DNA of 58,480 nucleotides from Oscillospiraceae bacterium (GCA_015065175.1 SVQV01000001.1:1-58480); one strand, 5' to 3'; numbered from the stretch's first letter, positions 1-9,726 are shown. Made by a program: numbers and translations. The notes: generated by a model not told the origin, from the letters alone.

Positions 1-264
1 CTTCATTCGAATTATATTTTTTGCTTGTTTTTTCCGTTTTCTCCCTCCGACGTACACAAGTACGCCTCTCGGTCGAAAGCGAAAAATTCTGCTCCAAATC
101 CGCCCGCCCACACGTGTGCTTCAAAATTTGATTTATCGGTCGGATGGCTTTGTTAAAAAAGCAACGGATCAGATAGAGAAAAAATATTTTTATTTATGCA
201 TAATATTTTTTATAACAGAATATATATGTAATACATTAAAAGCTACATAATGGAGGAAAAAGAA

Positions 265-840
265 ATGGCAAAAATTTTTGGAAAAGACGGCGCGGTTATG
301 AAGTTTGGGAAGCGAAACATAATTATTGTTTGCGCGGTGCTGTTAATTGGCTTGGCGGTATATCTTAATTACCTATGGTATTACGATTCGGTCAGCAACA
401 TTGGCTACGGCGACAACAACATGAGCGACCAGGCAGGTAACAACCCTACAGGTGAGGACCTTAACGCATCCGTGTCGGCAGAGGACACAAGCTCAGCTTA
501 CTTCAGCGCAACACAGCTTAGCCGTCAGCAGGCAAGAGATGAGGCTCTTGAAGTGCTTGAAAAGGTAGTATCAAGCGAGGATGCTCTTGACGTAACAAAG
601 GAGCAGGCGCTTGAGGATATTTCGAGAATTGCCGCTGAAATCGAAAAGGAGTCCAATATTGAAGCGCTTATCGTCGCAAAGGGCTTCGAAAAATGCATAG
701 CGGTAGTAAACGGCGAAAACGCGAGCATCATAGTTAAATCAGACGAGGATCTTGTCAGCAGTCAGATAGCGCAGATAAGCGAAATAGTTTATACCTCAGC
801 AGGCATTCTTCCCGCAAATACTAAAATAATCAGAAAGTAA
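265..840 (+). CDS. spoIIIAH: Stage III sporulation protein AH-like (SpoIIIAH family)
   Basis: ORF 250..840. GGAGG at 252-256 favours the ATG at 265. It has one N-terminal TM helix (IIIVCAVLLIGLAVYL), an acidic/low-complexity linker, and a C-terminal block (YFSATQLSRQQARDEALE...EALIVAKGFEKCIAVVNGENASIIVKSDE..LSSQIAQISEIV). That architecture and motif order match B. subtilis SpoIIIAH as I recall it. Confidence 0.6.
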   Translation: MAKIFGKDGAVMKFGKRNIIIVCAVLLIGLAVYLNYLWYYDSVSNIGYGDNNMSDQAGNNPTGEDLNASVSAEDTSSAYFSATQLSRQQARDEALEVLEKVVSSEDALDVTKEQALEDISRIAAEIEKESNIEALIVAKGFEKCIAVVNGENASIIVKSDEDLVSSQIAQISEIVYTSAGILPANTKIIRK

Positions 841-860
841 AAAAACTTTCAAAACAAAAG

Positions 861-905
861 AAAAAGCGCTTACGGTACTTTTTAAGTATCATAAGCGCCT
901 TTTTC
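861..905. terminator. Bidirectional intrinsic terminator between convergent spoIIIAH-like and O-antigen-ligase-like genes
   Basis: The stem GCGCTTACGGTAC / GTATCATAAGCGC has one mismatch and one G-U pair. It is flanked by an A-run (861-865) and a T-run (900-904). Confidence 0.6.
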
Positions 906-2316
906 ATATATTATCTTTTTCTACCGAGCGTTCGAGTATAATAAATATAAGCACGGTAAGAAGCTCGTACGGCAGGGGGCAGAATTCTCCCGGGTTTACC
1001 TGGCTCATAAGTAAAATTCCGAGGTAGGAAATCCCGAGGCAGAGTGTCGACGGGCAGATTTTCTTGAAGATCAAGGCAGTTCTGACAACAAATTGGTGCC
1101 CGTAGGCTAAAATTCCGACCGTACCTAAGCTTCCTACTATCTGAGGTATCATCATATGATACCAGCACAACGCACCCTTTTTGGGATTATATATGTCTGT
1201 ATTTGCGGTATTTCCGAGTCCTTTTCCAAAGATAGGCGAGGATTTGAAATCTTCAAATGCGCGCGGAATGAACTCTACTCTTGTCTCACCTTCCTTTATG
1301 ATGTTTGCGAGCCTTTTGGGAGAGAATACAGAGTAGTTAAGAAATCTTGGATTATCTACAAGTATGTTATTCAAAAGAAGAAGGGCTGCGGCTCCGAGCG
1401 CAAAGGATACTATCAAGGGGAATATATTCTTTTTGTTGTAAGCGATAGCATAAACAACGCATACGATAAATTCTACAGGAGCGAGTACAATAGCCCCTCT
1501 TGAGGTGGTGAGTACGAGGGCGGCAAACATGAGAACGCCCGAAAAAAAGTGTAAACAGTTCTTTCTCGCAAAGTAGAACGGAAATGGCATACAGAACATA
1601 AGAAAAGTAGCCACATTGTTTTTCCACTGGAAGCCTGTTGCTGACATTGTAAATAATTTTATTTCAATAATGTGAGGGATATTGAGTATGTATATATGCA
1701 CGACAGAAAAAACGCAGAACAGCCCAACAAGGTACATGATTTTACAAAACAGCTCGGTAATGTTTTCTTCCGATGAGAATATGCCTTCTCTTGCTACGAT
1801 ATAGAAAAAAATCATTCCGAATCCCAAAAAGAATACGTAATAAAGAGCCATAGGCGCAAAATATTCTGAAAGAGAAATAGAGCCTATTCCGCCGAGCGTT
1901 ACGGCTATGGCGACAGACAGGTTTCCGTAAAAGCTTTTACCGAGTGATATGCTTTTTTTGCGTTTGAAAGCCTTTATAGTGACACATAGCTTTGTTATAA
2001 AAGCCGCTATAGGAATAAGAGTTATCCACCAATATACAATGAAGGTATCAAAAGAGTCATAGCACCTCATAGCTATAGCGCAGAGAAGTAAAAAAGGATA
2101 TAATGACTGTATATTGCTTTTCGGAAGCACGAGAATTATAGAGGTTATAACTATAAACAAAAGTGTTCCGAAAACGAATTTTTCACAAACAACTACAGTG
2201 GCGGCTATAATGAACAAGATAGCCTTCGCGATGTCCGAAAAGGCAAAAGCGGATATTTTATTCAGCAGAGGAGTGCTTTCGGTTGCGTTTTTTTCTGTAA
2301 GGGGGGAGTCTTGCAT
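904..2316 (-). CDS. O-antigen ligase/polymerase family integral membrane protein (Wzy_C-like)
   Basis: 470 aa, more than 10 predicted TM segments. The TTSRGAIVLAP motif followed by a larger loop region is typical of O-antigen ligase-like domains. It lies beside a CapD-like sugar dehydratase. Confidence 0.6.
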   Translation of the reverse strand: MQDSPLTEKNATESTPLLNKISAFAFSDIAKAILFIIAATVVVCEKFVFGTLLFIVITSIILVLPKSNIQSLYPFLLLCAIAMRCYDSFDTFIVYWWITLIPIAAFITKLCVTIKAFKRKKSISLGKSFYGNLSVAIAVTLGGIGSISLSEYFAPMALYYVFFLGFGMIFFYIVAREGIFSSEENITELFCKIMYLVGLFCVFSVVHIYILNIPHIIEIKLFTMSATGFQWKNNVATFLMFCMPFPFYFARKNCLHFFSGVLMFAALVLTTSRGAIVLAPVEFIVCVVYAIAYNKKNIFPLIVSFALGAAALLLLNNILVDNPRFLNYSVFSPKRLANIIKEGETRVEFIPRAFEDFKSSPIFGKGLGNTANTDIYNPKKGALCWYHMMIPQIVGSLGTVGILAYGHQFVVRTALIFKKICPSTLCLGISYLGILLMSQVNPGEFCPLPYELLTVLIFIILERSVEKDNI

Positions 2317-2340
2317 ATTATCTCCTTTAGGAATTTTTTA

Positions 2341-2380
2341 AAAAGCAACAGCATCAAAGGGCAATTTTGATGCTGTTTTG
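2341..2380 (-). terminator. Intrinsic terminator downstream of the capD-like gene
   Basis: Stem AACAGCATCAAA (2347-2358) / TTTGATGCTGTT (2366-2377). On the minus strand it is followed by a GC-TTTTT run. Confidence 0.65.
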
Positions 2381-2398
2381 TAGAAGAATAATTAAATG

Positions 2399-4225
2399 TC
2401 AGTTGTTAAGCGAGGTATCTATTTTATATGTAGGAACAAGCTCGGCTATAAGCTCTTTCATCCTGTCGGTCTCGCTGTATGCGGCAGAATAAAGCTCATC
2501 AAGCTTTTTATTCAAGAATTCCTCGTCAATATCCAGAGGCTTTCCTATGCTTATCAGGTCGTTTGCGGTCTTTTGCAAGCCCTCTTCAGCCATAAGTCTT
2601 TCTTCGTAGAGCTTTTCACCCGGGCGCAGACCTGTGCATTCTATGTCAATATCAACACCGGGCTTAAGACCGCTGAGACGTATGAGATTTACCGCAAGAT
2701 CGTAAATTCTTACAGGCTCGCCCATATCTAAAACGAATATTTCTCCGCCCTTAGCGTAAGCACCCGCCTGCAAGACAAGCGATACGGCTTCCTGTATAGT
2801 CATAAAGTAGCGGATAATGTCCTTGTGAGTTACGGTTACGGGACCGCCGCTCTCTATCTGCTTTTTGAAAAGCGGAATAACGCTTCCGTTTGAGCCAAGC
2901 ACGTTTCCGAAGCGCACTGCCACAAATTCGGTTTTTGAATGACGGCTGTATGACTGAATTATCATTTCGCAGATGCGCTTTGTCGCGCCCATAATATTGG
3001 TGGGATTGACTGCCTTGTCGGTGCTTATCTGCACAAAGCGACGGACAGAATACTTATCCGCTGCCGCTGCTACGTTAAGAGTGCCGAAAACATTGTTCTT
3101 TACAGCTTCGTTGGGACTTGTTTCCATAAGCGGAACATGCTTGTGCGCCGCCGCATTGAATACGATCTCGGGGCGGTAGGTCTCAAACAGGTGATCTACC
3201 TTTTTCTTGTCACGTACACTTCCTATGAGCGCGAGAAGATTAAGCTCGGGGTGAGTTCGGCGAAGCTCCTGCTCTATATCATAGGCGTTGTTTTCGTAAA
3301 TGTCAAAGATTATCAGTAGCTTCGGTGCCTGTGCGGCTAACTGTCGGCAAAGCTCGCTTCCTATAGAGCCACCTCCGCCTGTCACAAGCACAACCTTGTC
3401 TTTTATATATCCCGCAATGTGATCGACGTCAATTTTTATTTGCTCACGTCCTAAAAGGTCGGCAATTTCGACCTGCCTGAGCTTTGAAACATTGACCTCG
3501 TCATTTATAAGCTGATATACACCCGGCAGTGTCTTGACCTTGCATTTTGTAAGAGCGCATCTTTCATAGACGGGCTTCAACTCCTTTGCGGGAACGACAG
3601 GCATTGCCACTATAATTTCGTCAATTTTGTATTTTTGCGCAGCCTCAACTATATCAGACGTAGTTCCGACTACGGGGACGTTACAGACAAGCTTATTATG
3701 TTTCATGGGGTCATCGTCCAATGCACAGACAGGGGTCATCGTAAGATGTTTTGAGGATTGCAGCTCACGTATCATAAGAGCGCCTGCGCTTCCTGCGCCT
3801 ATAATCATTACACGTGTTCTTTCTTTTTTGCGGTCCTTCAGTTTCTTTTTGTATGTAATATACAGGCGCTTTGCAAATCTCAGACAGGCTGAAGCGAATG
3901 CGAAAAATATGTTGAAGATTACAGGGAAGCGCCAACCGATGTCGAGGAAAAGCACGGAAGCTATAAATGTAATGACGGTTATAGTCACACATCCAAGCAG
4001 GACTCTCAAGCCTTCGAACAATCCGGCAGTAGCGTAAACAATATCGTATAAACGGATAGCAAAGAAGGATATAAGCACAACCGCTAACGTAATAATGCCG
4101 TAAAGGATGAGATTTTTGTTTATAGATTCATTGAGTATCAGCGCAGATAAAAGAAAGGAGAGAGAAACCGAGAAAATATCTAAAATCACAAATGTCAAGG
4201 TTCGTAAATGTATTTTTTTAAACAT
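2399..4225 (-). CDS. Polysaccharide biosynthesis protein CapD/PglF-type (membrane-anchored UDP-sugar 4,6-dehydratase)
   Basis: 608 aa. N-terminal 4-5 TM helices, two Rossmann motifs (MIIGAGSAGALM and VLVTGGGGSIGSEL), and an SDR-type extended dehydratase core (NAAAHKHVP). Confidence 0.85.
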   Translation of the reverse strand: MFKKIHLRTLTFVILDIFSVSLSFLLSALILNESINKNLILYGIITLAVVLISFFAIRLYDIVYATAGLFEGLRVLLGCVTITVITFIASVLFLDIGWRFPVIFNIFFAFASACLRFAKRLYITYKKKLKDRKKERTRVMIIGAGSAGALMIRELQSSKHLTMTPVCALDDDPMKHNKLVCNVPVVGTTSDIVEAAQKYKIDEIIVAMPVVPAKELKPVYERCALTKCKVKTLPGVYQLINDEVNVSKLRQVEIADLLGREQIKIDVDHIAGYIKDKVVLVTGGGGSIGSELCRQLAAQAPKLLIIFDIYENNAYDIEQELRRTHPELNLLALIGSVRDKKKVDHLFETYRPEIVFNAAAHKHVPLMETSPNEAVKNNVFGTLNVAAAADKYSVRRFVQISTDKAVNPTNIMGATKRICEMIIQSYSRHSKTEFVAVRFGNVLGSNGSVIPLFKKQIESGGPVTVTHKDIIRYFMTIQEAVSLVLQAGAYAKGGEIFVLDMGEPVRIYDLAVNLIRLSGLKPGVDIDIECTGLRPGEKLYEERLMAEEGLQKTANDLISIGKPLDIDEEFLNKKLDELYSAAYSETDRMKELIAELVPTYKIDTSLNN

Positions 4226-4412
4226 AACGATCTCCTTTTGGGAAGATAAATTTATATAATCTACTTAATATAATATATCAAAAAGCAAAAAAAGTCAATA
4301 GAAACGGGAAGAAATAATAGGCAAAAGGTTGAAATGATATAAACGCCCGACGATTTTCAAAATGAACAAAAAAGCAAAAAATAAAAAAACTTTTAAAAAA
4401 ACAGGTATTATG

Positions 4413-4441
4413 TTGAAAATGCGGAAATTTTATGATATACT
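4413..4441 (+). promoter_or_regulatory. Putative sigma-A promoter of sufC-sufB/D
   Basis: TTGAAA (4413-4418), a 17-nt spacer ending in TGA (extended -10), and TATACT (4436-4441). Confidence 0.5.
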
Positions 4442-4485
4442 AATACAAAAGACAAAAGAATTTGAAAACCCTTTTTGGAGGAACT

Positions 4486-5211
4486 ATGTTAGAATTAAAA
4501 AATATATCCTATCGCGCCGAGGACAGCGAGACGAAAAAAGAAATACTCAGCAATATAAGCCTCACGGTAGACGAGCGCTTTGTTGCTATTACGGGTCCTA
4601 ACGGCGGAGGAAAATCAACGCTTGCAAAGATAATTGCGGGCATATATAAGCCGAGCGAGGGAAAAATTTTTCTTGACGGAGAGGATATCACCGAGCTTGG
4701 AATTACAGAGCGCGCAAACAAGGGCGTAAGCTTCGCCTTTCAGCAGCCTGTGCGCTTTAAGGGAATTACGGTGCGTGACCTTATAACTCTTGCATCAGGC
4801 AAAAAAATAGGAGTCTCGGAGGCGTGTGAATATCTTTCCGAGGTTGGTCTTTGCGCAAGGGAATATATAAACAGAGAAGTAAACGCAAGCCTTTCGGGAG
4901 GCGAACTTAAGCGTATAGAGATAGCCACTATTCTCGCAAGAGGAACAAAGCTTTCCGTCTTTGACGAGCCTGAGGCGGGAATCGACTTGTGGAGCTTCAA
5001 TAACCTTATAAACGTATTTGAGAATATGCATAAAAAGGTCAACGGCTCTATTCTGATAATATCCCATCAGGAAAGAATTCTTAATATAGCAGATAAAATA
5101 GTGGTAATAGCAAACGGAAAAATCGATACTGTAGGCACAAAGGACGAGGTATTGCCGAAGCTGCTCGGAGACACCTCGACCTGTAAAACACTTACGGACA
5201 AGCTGAAATGA
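4486..5211 (+). CDS. sufC: Fe-S cluster assembly ATPase SufC
   Basis: ORF 4462..5211. GGAGG sits immediately upstream of the ATG at 4486 (MLELKNISY...). Walker A GPNGGGKST, ABC signature LSGGELKR, Walker B LSVFDEPEAG. It is followed by a SufB/D gene. Confidence 0.85.
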   Translation: MLELKNISYRAEDSETKKEILSNISLTVDERFVAITGPNGGGKSTLAKIIAGIYKPSEGKIFLDGEDITELGITERANKGVSFAFQQPVRFKGITVRDLITLASGKKIGVSEACEYLSEVGLCAREYINREVNASLSGGELKRIEIATILARGTKLSVFDEPEAGIDLWSFNNLINVFENMHKKVNGSILIISHQERILNIADKIVVIANGKIDTVGTKDEVLPKLLGDTSTCKTLTDKLK

Positions 5212-5221
5212 GGAACATATA

Positions 5222-6139
5222 ATGGACAGTATTCAGAAAAATCTGCTTTCGCAGGTAGCCGATCTTCATGAGGTACCGAGCGGAGCATATAATATCAGAG
5301 AAAACGGAAAGACGAGCGGAAGAAATACGACCGCTAATATAGACATCGTTACAAAAGAGGATAAAAAAGGAATAGACATCATAATAAAGGCGGGAACAAA
5401 GAACGAGAGCGTACACATTCCCGTTATAATAAGCCAGACAGGATATGAGGAAATGGTATATAACGATTTCTTTATAGGCGAGGATTGCGATGTTACCATA
5501 GTTGCGGGCTGCGGAATCCATAACACAGGAGACGATTCTGCACGCCATGACGGAATACATTCCTTCTTCGTCGGCAAAAACGCAAAGGTGAAATATGTCG
5601 AAAAGCACTACGGCGAGGGTGACGGAAACGGCGAAAATATTATGAACCCCACCACTGTTATCGAGCTTGACGAGGGGGCATATATGGAGCTTGACACCTT
5701 GCAGATAAAGGGCGTAAGCTCTACAGAGAGAGTGACAAAGGCTAAGCTCGGAAAGGACGCAAACCTTGTTATACGTGAGAAGATAATGACTCACGGCCGT
5801 CAGTATGCAAAGACCGATTTCGTTGTTGACCTTGACGGAGAAAATTCGGGCGCTAACGTCATCTCACGTTCTGTCGCAAAGGATGACTCACATCAGGTAT
5901 TCTATTCCAAGATAAATGGAAACAACAGATGCACGGGACACACAGAGTGCGATGCCATAGTTATGGACAACGCAAAGGTAAGCGCAATTCCCGAAATTAC
6001 TGCAAACAATATAGATGCCTCACTCATTCACGAGGCGGCAATAGGAAAAATAGCGGGAGAGCAGCTTATAAAGCTTATGTCTCTCGGACTTACCGAAAAG
6101 GAAGCCGAGGAGCAGATAGTAAACGGCTTCTTGAAATAA
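5222..6139 (+). CDS. SufB/SufD family Fe-S cluster assembly protein (short clostridial type)
   Basis: 305 aa. The beta-helix-like repeat sequence and the C-terminal HEAAIGKIAGEQL..LMSLGLTEKEAE..IV.GF are characteristic of the SufB/D family. Adjacent to sufC. Confidence 0.75.
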   Translation: MDSIQKNLLSQVADLHEVPSGAYNIRENGKTSGRNTTANIDIVTKEDKKGIDIIIKAGTKNESVHIPVIISQTGYEEMVYNDFFIGEDCDVTIVAGCGIHNTGDDSARHDGIHSFFVGKNAKVKYVEKHYGEGDGNGENIMNPTTVIELDEGAYMELDTLQIKGVSSTERVTKAKLGKDANLVIREKIMTHGRQYAKTDFVVDLDGENSGANVISRSVAKDDSHQVFYSKINGNNRCTGHTECDAIVMDNAKVSAIPEITANNIDASLIHEAAIGKIAGEQLIKLMSLGLTEKEAEEQIVNGFLK

Positions 6140-6175
6140 GACCTGAAAACAGGAAAAAAGTGAAGAGGTACGGTT

Positions 6176-6204
6176 GAAATCCGCTTCGGCGGATTTCTTC
6201 TTTT
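6176..6204 (+). terminator. Intrinsic terminator after sufB/D
   Basis: GAAATCCGC-TTCG-GCGGATTTC followed by TTCTTTT. Confidence 0.7.
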
Positions 6205-6209
6205 AACTC

Positions 6210-6274
6210 TCAATTTTCAACTTTCAATTTTCAATTTGATTTTAGTGACCGCAAATGCTTTTGCTCATTTGCGG
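6210..6274. repeat. TCAATTTTCAA x2 direct repeat (TCAATTT x3) followed by a 9-bp-stem hairpin
   Basis: TCAATTTTCAA at 6210-6220 and 6224-6234. Hairpin CCGCAAATG (6249-6257) / CATTTGCGG (6266-6274) with no T-run. It lies between the suf terminator and the rqcH start. Confidence 0.6.
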
Positions 6275-6311
6275 CAGGTTCGAGCTTTAAAGCAGAAATG
6301 GGGGAGTACAG

Positions 6312-8060
6312 ATGTTTGATGCGGGAATGCTCCGCGCGATAATATATGAAATTAATACCTTCGCTTCGGGCGGCGCAAAGGTCGAAAAGGTATATCAGCC
6401 TTTAAAGGACGAAGCAGACCTTTTATTGCATGCGGGAAGGGAAACAAAACGTCTTTGCATCAATGCAGGCTCTAATGCGCCACGTATTTCTTTTTCGGAG
6501 GAAGCAAGAGAAAATCCCGCCTCCGCGCCTATGTTCTGCATGCTCCTGCGCAAGCATCTTGCCGGAGCCAAGCTTATATCGGCAGAGCAGCTCGGATTTG
6601 AAAGAGCAGTCCGACTTTGCTTCTCGGGATATGACGAAATGGGATTTGATACAAAACGCTATCTCATAGCCGAAATTATGGGTAAATACAGCAACCTTAT
6701 TCTGCTTGACGGCGAGGACAAAATAATCTCGGCGCTTAAGATAATAGACTTTTCGACAAGCCGACTGCGCCAGATATTGCCGGGTATGAAATACGAGCTT
6801 CCGCCCGCACAGGATAAGACAGATCCGCTCGCGGAAACAAGGGAAGGCTTTTTCGAAAAGCTCTCGGCATTTCCGACAGAACGGCAGGCGGATAAGTTCA
6901 TAACAAGCACCTATCTCGGAATTGCATCCTCTCTTGCGCGTGAAATAGTATACAGAGCAAGCAAAAAGACGGATGCTATGCTCTTTGAGACGGATAAGAA
7001 CAGACTTTGCGAGGAGTTTTTTGCTATAATAACTCTTTTGCAAACAAATGTTTACAAGCCGACCTTGGTTAAGGATAACGACGGAAAGCCTATAGATTAT
7101 TATTTTACCGATGTCACAAGCTATGAAAGCACGGCGCAGACAGAGAGCTTTGACACCTTCGGAGAGCTGCTCGACAGATTTTTCGGAGACAGAGACAGGG
7201 TAGAGCGCATAAAGCAGAGAGGAAACGACATTCTGCGGTTGCTTGACAATGCGGAAAGCAGACTCACAAAGAAGCTCTCTCTGCAAAGAGAGGAGCTTTG
7301 CGACTGTAAAAAGGGTGATGTGTATAAGCAGAACGGCGACCTGATAACCGCAAATCTGTATATGCTCAAGAGGGGAATGGCATCCTTTACTGCACTTGAT
7401 TACTCTATTGACCCTCCTAAAGAAGTAAATGTTTCACTCGACACCAGACTTTCTCCGTCGCAGAATGCGCAGAGAATGTATAAGCTTTATAACAAGGCAA
7501 AGAGCGCAAGCATACACCTTACAGCCCTTATAGAGCAGGCAGAATCCGAGCTTGAATATATAGAGAGTGTGCGAGCCTTTCTCGACAGAGCCGAGACCGA
7601 GGAGGACCTGAACGAGATAAGAAGCGAGCTTTACCATGCGGGATACGCTTCCCGTATGAAGAATTATACACCGCCGAAGCAGATAAAGTCACGTCCTATG
7701 GAATTTACGAGTGACAGCGGTTACAGGATCCTCTGCGGCAGAAACAACCTGCAAAACGAGCTTCTTACCTTCAAGATAGCCTCAAAGGGCGACCTCTGGT
7801 TTCACGCGAAGGGAGTGCCCGGCTCTCACGTAATTCTGATATGCAACGGGGAAGAGCCGAGTGAAAAGGATTATACGCAGGCGGCTGAAATTGCCGCATA
7901 TTACTCGAAGGCAAGCGGCGCACCTGTTGCCGTGGATTATACAAGAGTAAAGAATATTAAAAAGCCGTCGGGCGCCCATTCGGGATATGTAATTTATAAG
8001 ACGAATTATACGGCATACGTTACACCGAAGTCGGACATACAAAACAAACGGAAAGGATAA
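6312..8060 (+). CDS. rqcH: Ribosome quality control protein RqcH (NFACT / fibronectin-binding protein A family)
   Basis: 582 aa. It has an NFACT-N region, a coiled-coil middle, and a C-terminal NFACT-R/DUF814 motif (DLWFHAKGVPGSHVIL...AAYYSKA). Confidence 0.85.
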   Translation: MFDAGMLRAIIYEINTFASGGAKVEKVYQPLKDEADLLLHAGRETKRLCINAGSNAPRISFSEEARENPASAPMFCMLLRKHLAGAKLISAEQLGFERAVRLCFSGYDEMGFDTKRYLIAEIMGKYSNLILLDGEDKIISALKIIDFSTSRLRQILPGMKYELPPAQDKTDPLAETREGFFEKLSAFPTERQADKFITSTYLGIASSLAREIVYRASKKTDAMLFETDKNRLCEEFFAIITLLQTNVYKPTLVKDNDGKPIDYYFTDVTSYESTAQTESFDTFGELLDRFFGDRDRVERIKQRGNDILRLLDNAESRLTKKLSLQREELCDCKKGDVYKQNGDLITANLYMLKRGMASFTALDYSIDPPKEVNVSLDTRLSPSQNAQRMYKLYNKAKSASIHLTALIEQAESELEYIESVRAFLDRAETEEDLNEIRSELYHAGYASRMKNYTPPKQIKSRPMEFTSDSGYRILCGRNNLQNELLTFKIASKGDLWFHAKGVPGSHVILICNGEEPSEKDYTQAAEIAAYYSKASGAPVAVDYTRVKNIKKPSGAHSGYVIYKTNYTAYVTPKSDIQNKRKG

Positions 8061-8067
8061 ATCCCAA

Positions 8068-8622
8068 ATGATAGACCTGCTTGAATTGCAAAAATATTTT
8101 ATTATGCAGCATATAAAAGAGGGCGACACCGTAGTGGATTTCACTATGGGTAACGGAAACGATACAGCCTTTTTGTCCTCTGCTGTAGGAGCAAGCGGAA
8201 AGGTATTTGCTTTCGATATTCAGGAGGACGCACTTAAATCTACCGAAGCACGCTTGAAGGCAATGAACACCCCCGAGAATTATACGCTTATCTGCGCATC
8301 TCATCACTTGGTGAAGGATTACGTAAAAGAGCCTATAAAGGCGGGGATGTTTAATTTAGGATACCTTCCCGGAAGCGGAAGAAAAAATATTACCACAATG
8401 CGTGAAACGACTATGCCCGCAGTTATAGCCGCGCTTGAATTACTGTCGGATGACGGTATTTTAATGGTAGCTATATACCCCGGGCACGAGGAGGGCGACC
8501 TCGAAGGAAAAATGCTTGCCGACTATTTTGCAACCCTCGAAAGAAAAAAGGTCTGCGCTTCAATGTTCAAAATAGTAAATTCACCAACATCTCCGTATTT
8601 CTATATAATCGAGAAGAAATAA
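8068..8622 (+). CDS. Class I SAM-dependent methyltransferase (YtqB/MnmM-like, rRNA_methylase PF06962 type)
   Basis: 184 aa. The motif DFTMGNGNDTAFL matches the D.T.GNGNDT SAM-binding loop of B. subtilis YtqB-like proteins. Confidence 0.6.
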   Translation: MIDLLELQKYFIMQHIKEGDTVVDFTMGNGNDTAFLSSAVGASGKVFAFDIQEDALKSTEARLKAMNTPENYTLICASHHLVKDYVKEPIKAGMFNLGYLPGSGRKNITTMRETTMPAVIAALELLSDDGILMVAIYPGHEEGDLEGKMLADYFATLERKKVCASMFKIVNSPTSPYFYIIEKK

Positions 8623-8624
8623 AG

Positions 8625-8657
8625 CAAAAAAACCGACTTAAGCAGTCGGTTTTTTGT
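8625..8657. terminator. Bidirectional intrinsic terminator (methyltransferase / lplA convergent pair)
   Basis: AAAAAAACCGACT-TAAGC-AGTCGGTTTTTTG. The A-run and T-run allow function on both strands. Confidence 0.75.
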
Positions 8658-9638
8658 TTACGAAAGAATTTGTTCCTGCAGGAGCGTGTGAAGCTCGTCG
8701 GCTTGGGTGTCGGGCAGGGCTTTTTTTAATGCGTCACGTATAGCGGAAGGCTCGAATTGGCAAGAAACAAGGGCGCTTTCAAGCTTCTGCGGAAGCTCGG
8801 AGTCTAAGGCATCCGTGTAGCATCTGAGCGCAGAAACAGTGTATTTTTCTATCTGCATTTGAATTTCAACGCTTCCGAAGGAAAGCCGTCCTTCACAGAC
8901 AACATCGAACCTAAATGAATTTTCGTATAGAAATTCACGGCTTCCGTAATGCTCCGCAAGCGCCGATATTTGAGACTCGTCGATAGCTTTAATTTCTGTG
9001 GGCTTTAAGCCGTACACATTTTGGAAGGCTGTCAAAAGGTGAGATTTCATATCCTCACACGAAAGAGAAGGATTTATTTCGGACAGATTGATAACGCGTG
9101 AGCGCACAGACTTTACGCCCTTGGACTCAAGCTTCGCCTTGGGAGGAGTCAGATAGCGTGTCAATTTTTCTTTGTCGGCAGAAATGAGAATAGTGCCATG
9201 ATGATACGAAGTGCCTTTACTGTTATAAAAGGCGTTTCCCGAAAACTTCCGACCGTCTGAGAGAATATCGTTCCGACCTGAAAGCTCTGTGACGATACCC
9301 GCTCTGGCACAAGACTCCTGTATCACCCGCATATGCTTTGATATATCAAGATTTTCGCTTTTGCAGATAAAGGTGAAATTCAGATTTCCTGTATCGTGAA
9401 ATACCGCTCCGCCGCCCGACAGACGGCGCGCGACAGCACCGCCCTCTTTTGAGAGAAGCTCGGTTCGGCATTCCGAAAAGATGTTTTGGTTTTTTCCTAT
9501 CACTACCGTATTCTGATTTTGCCAAAGATATAAAATCAGAGACTCGTTATCAACCGTATCGAAAAGAAATTTCTCCTTGGCGAGATTGATATATGGGTTC
9601 AAGCTTTCGCTGATATAAAATTGAAGTTTTTTTATCAT
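8658..9638 (-). CDS. lplA: Lipoate-protein ligase A
   Basis: 326 aa. Contains LYLWQNQNTVVIGKNQN and RRLSGGGAVFHDTGNLNFTF, the hallmark LplA/LplJ catalytic motifs. Confidence 0.85.
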   Translation of the reverse strand: MIKKLQFYISESLNPYINLAKEKFLFDTVDNESLILYLWQNQNTVVIGKNQNIFSECRTELLSKEGGAVARRLSGGGAVFHDTGNLNFTFICKSENLDISKHMRVIQESCARAGIVTELSGRNDILSDGRKFSGNAFYNSKGTSYHHGTILISADKEKLTRYLTPPKAKLESKGVKSVRSRVINLSEINPSLSCEDMKSHLLTAFQNVYGLKPTEIKAIDESQISALAEHYGSREFLYENSFRFDVVCEGRLSFGSVEIQMQIEKYTVSALRCYTDALDSELPQKLESALVSCQFEPSAIRDALKKALPDTQADELHTLLQEQILS

Positions 9639-9726
9639 AGCGCACCTTTAGGTAATTTTATACTAATATTTTAATACATATTGTGCAAAATGTCAATAGA
9701 CGAAATGAAAGCTTTGTGATATAATT

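Noticed and set aside
1-249. An open frame without stops from position 1 to about 162 on the plus strand, and a possible minus-strand ATG at 4-6 running off the window.
   Set aside because: The plus-frame translation (LHSNYIFCLFFPFSPSDVHKYASRSKAKNS...) does not resemble the end of any protein, in particular not SpoIIIAG. The region contains the dispersed intergenic motif. A leftward gene cannot be judged from 6 nt. I treat the region as noncoding.
4362-4601. A 79-aa Lys-rich ORF overlapping the sufC start.
   Set aside because: It arises from the A-rich promoter region. It overlaps the predicted -35/-10 and the sufC coding frame, and it has no RBS.
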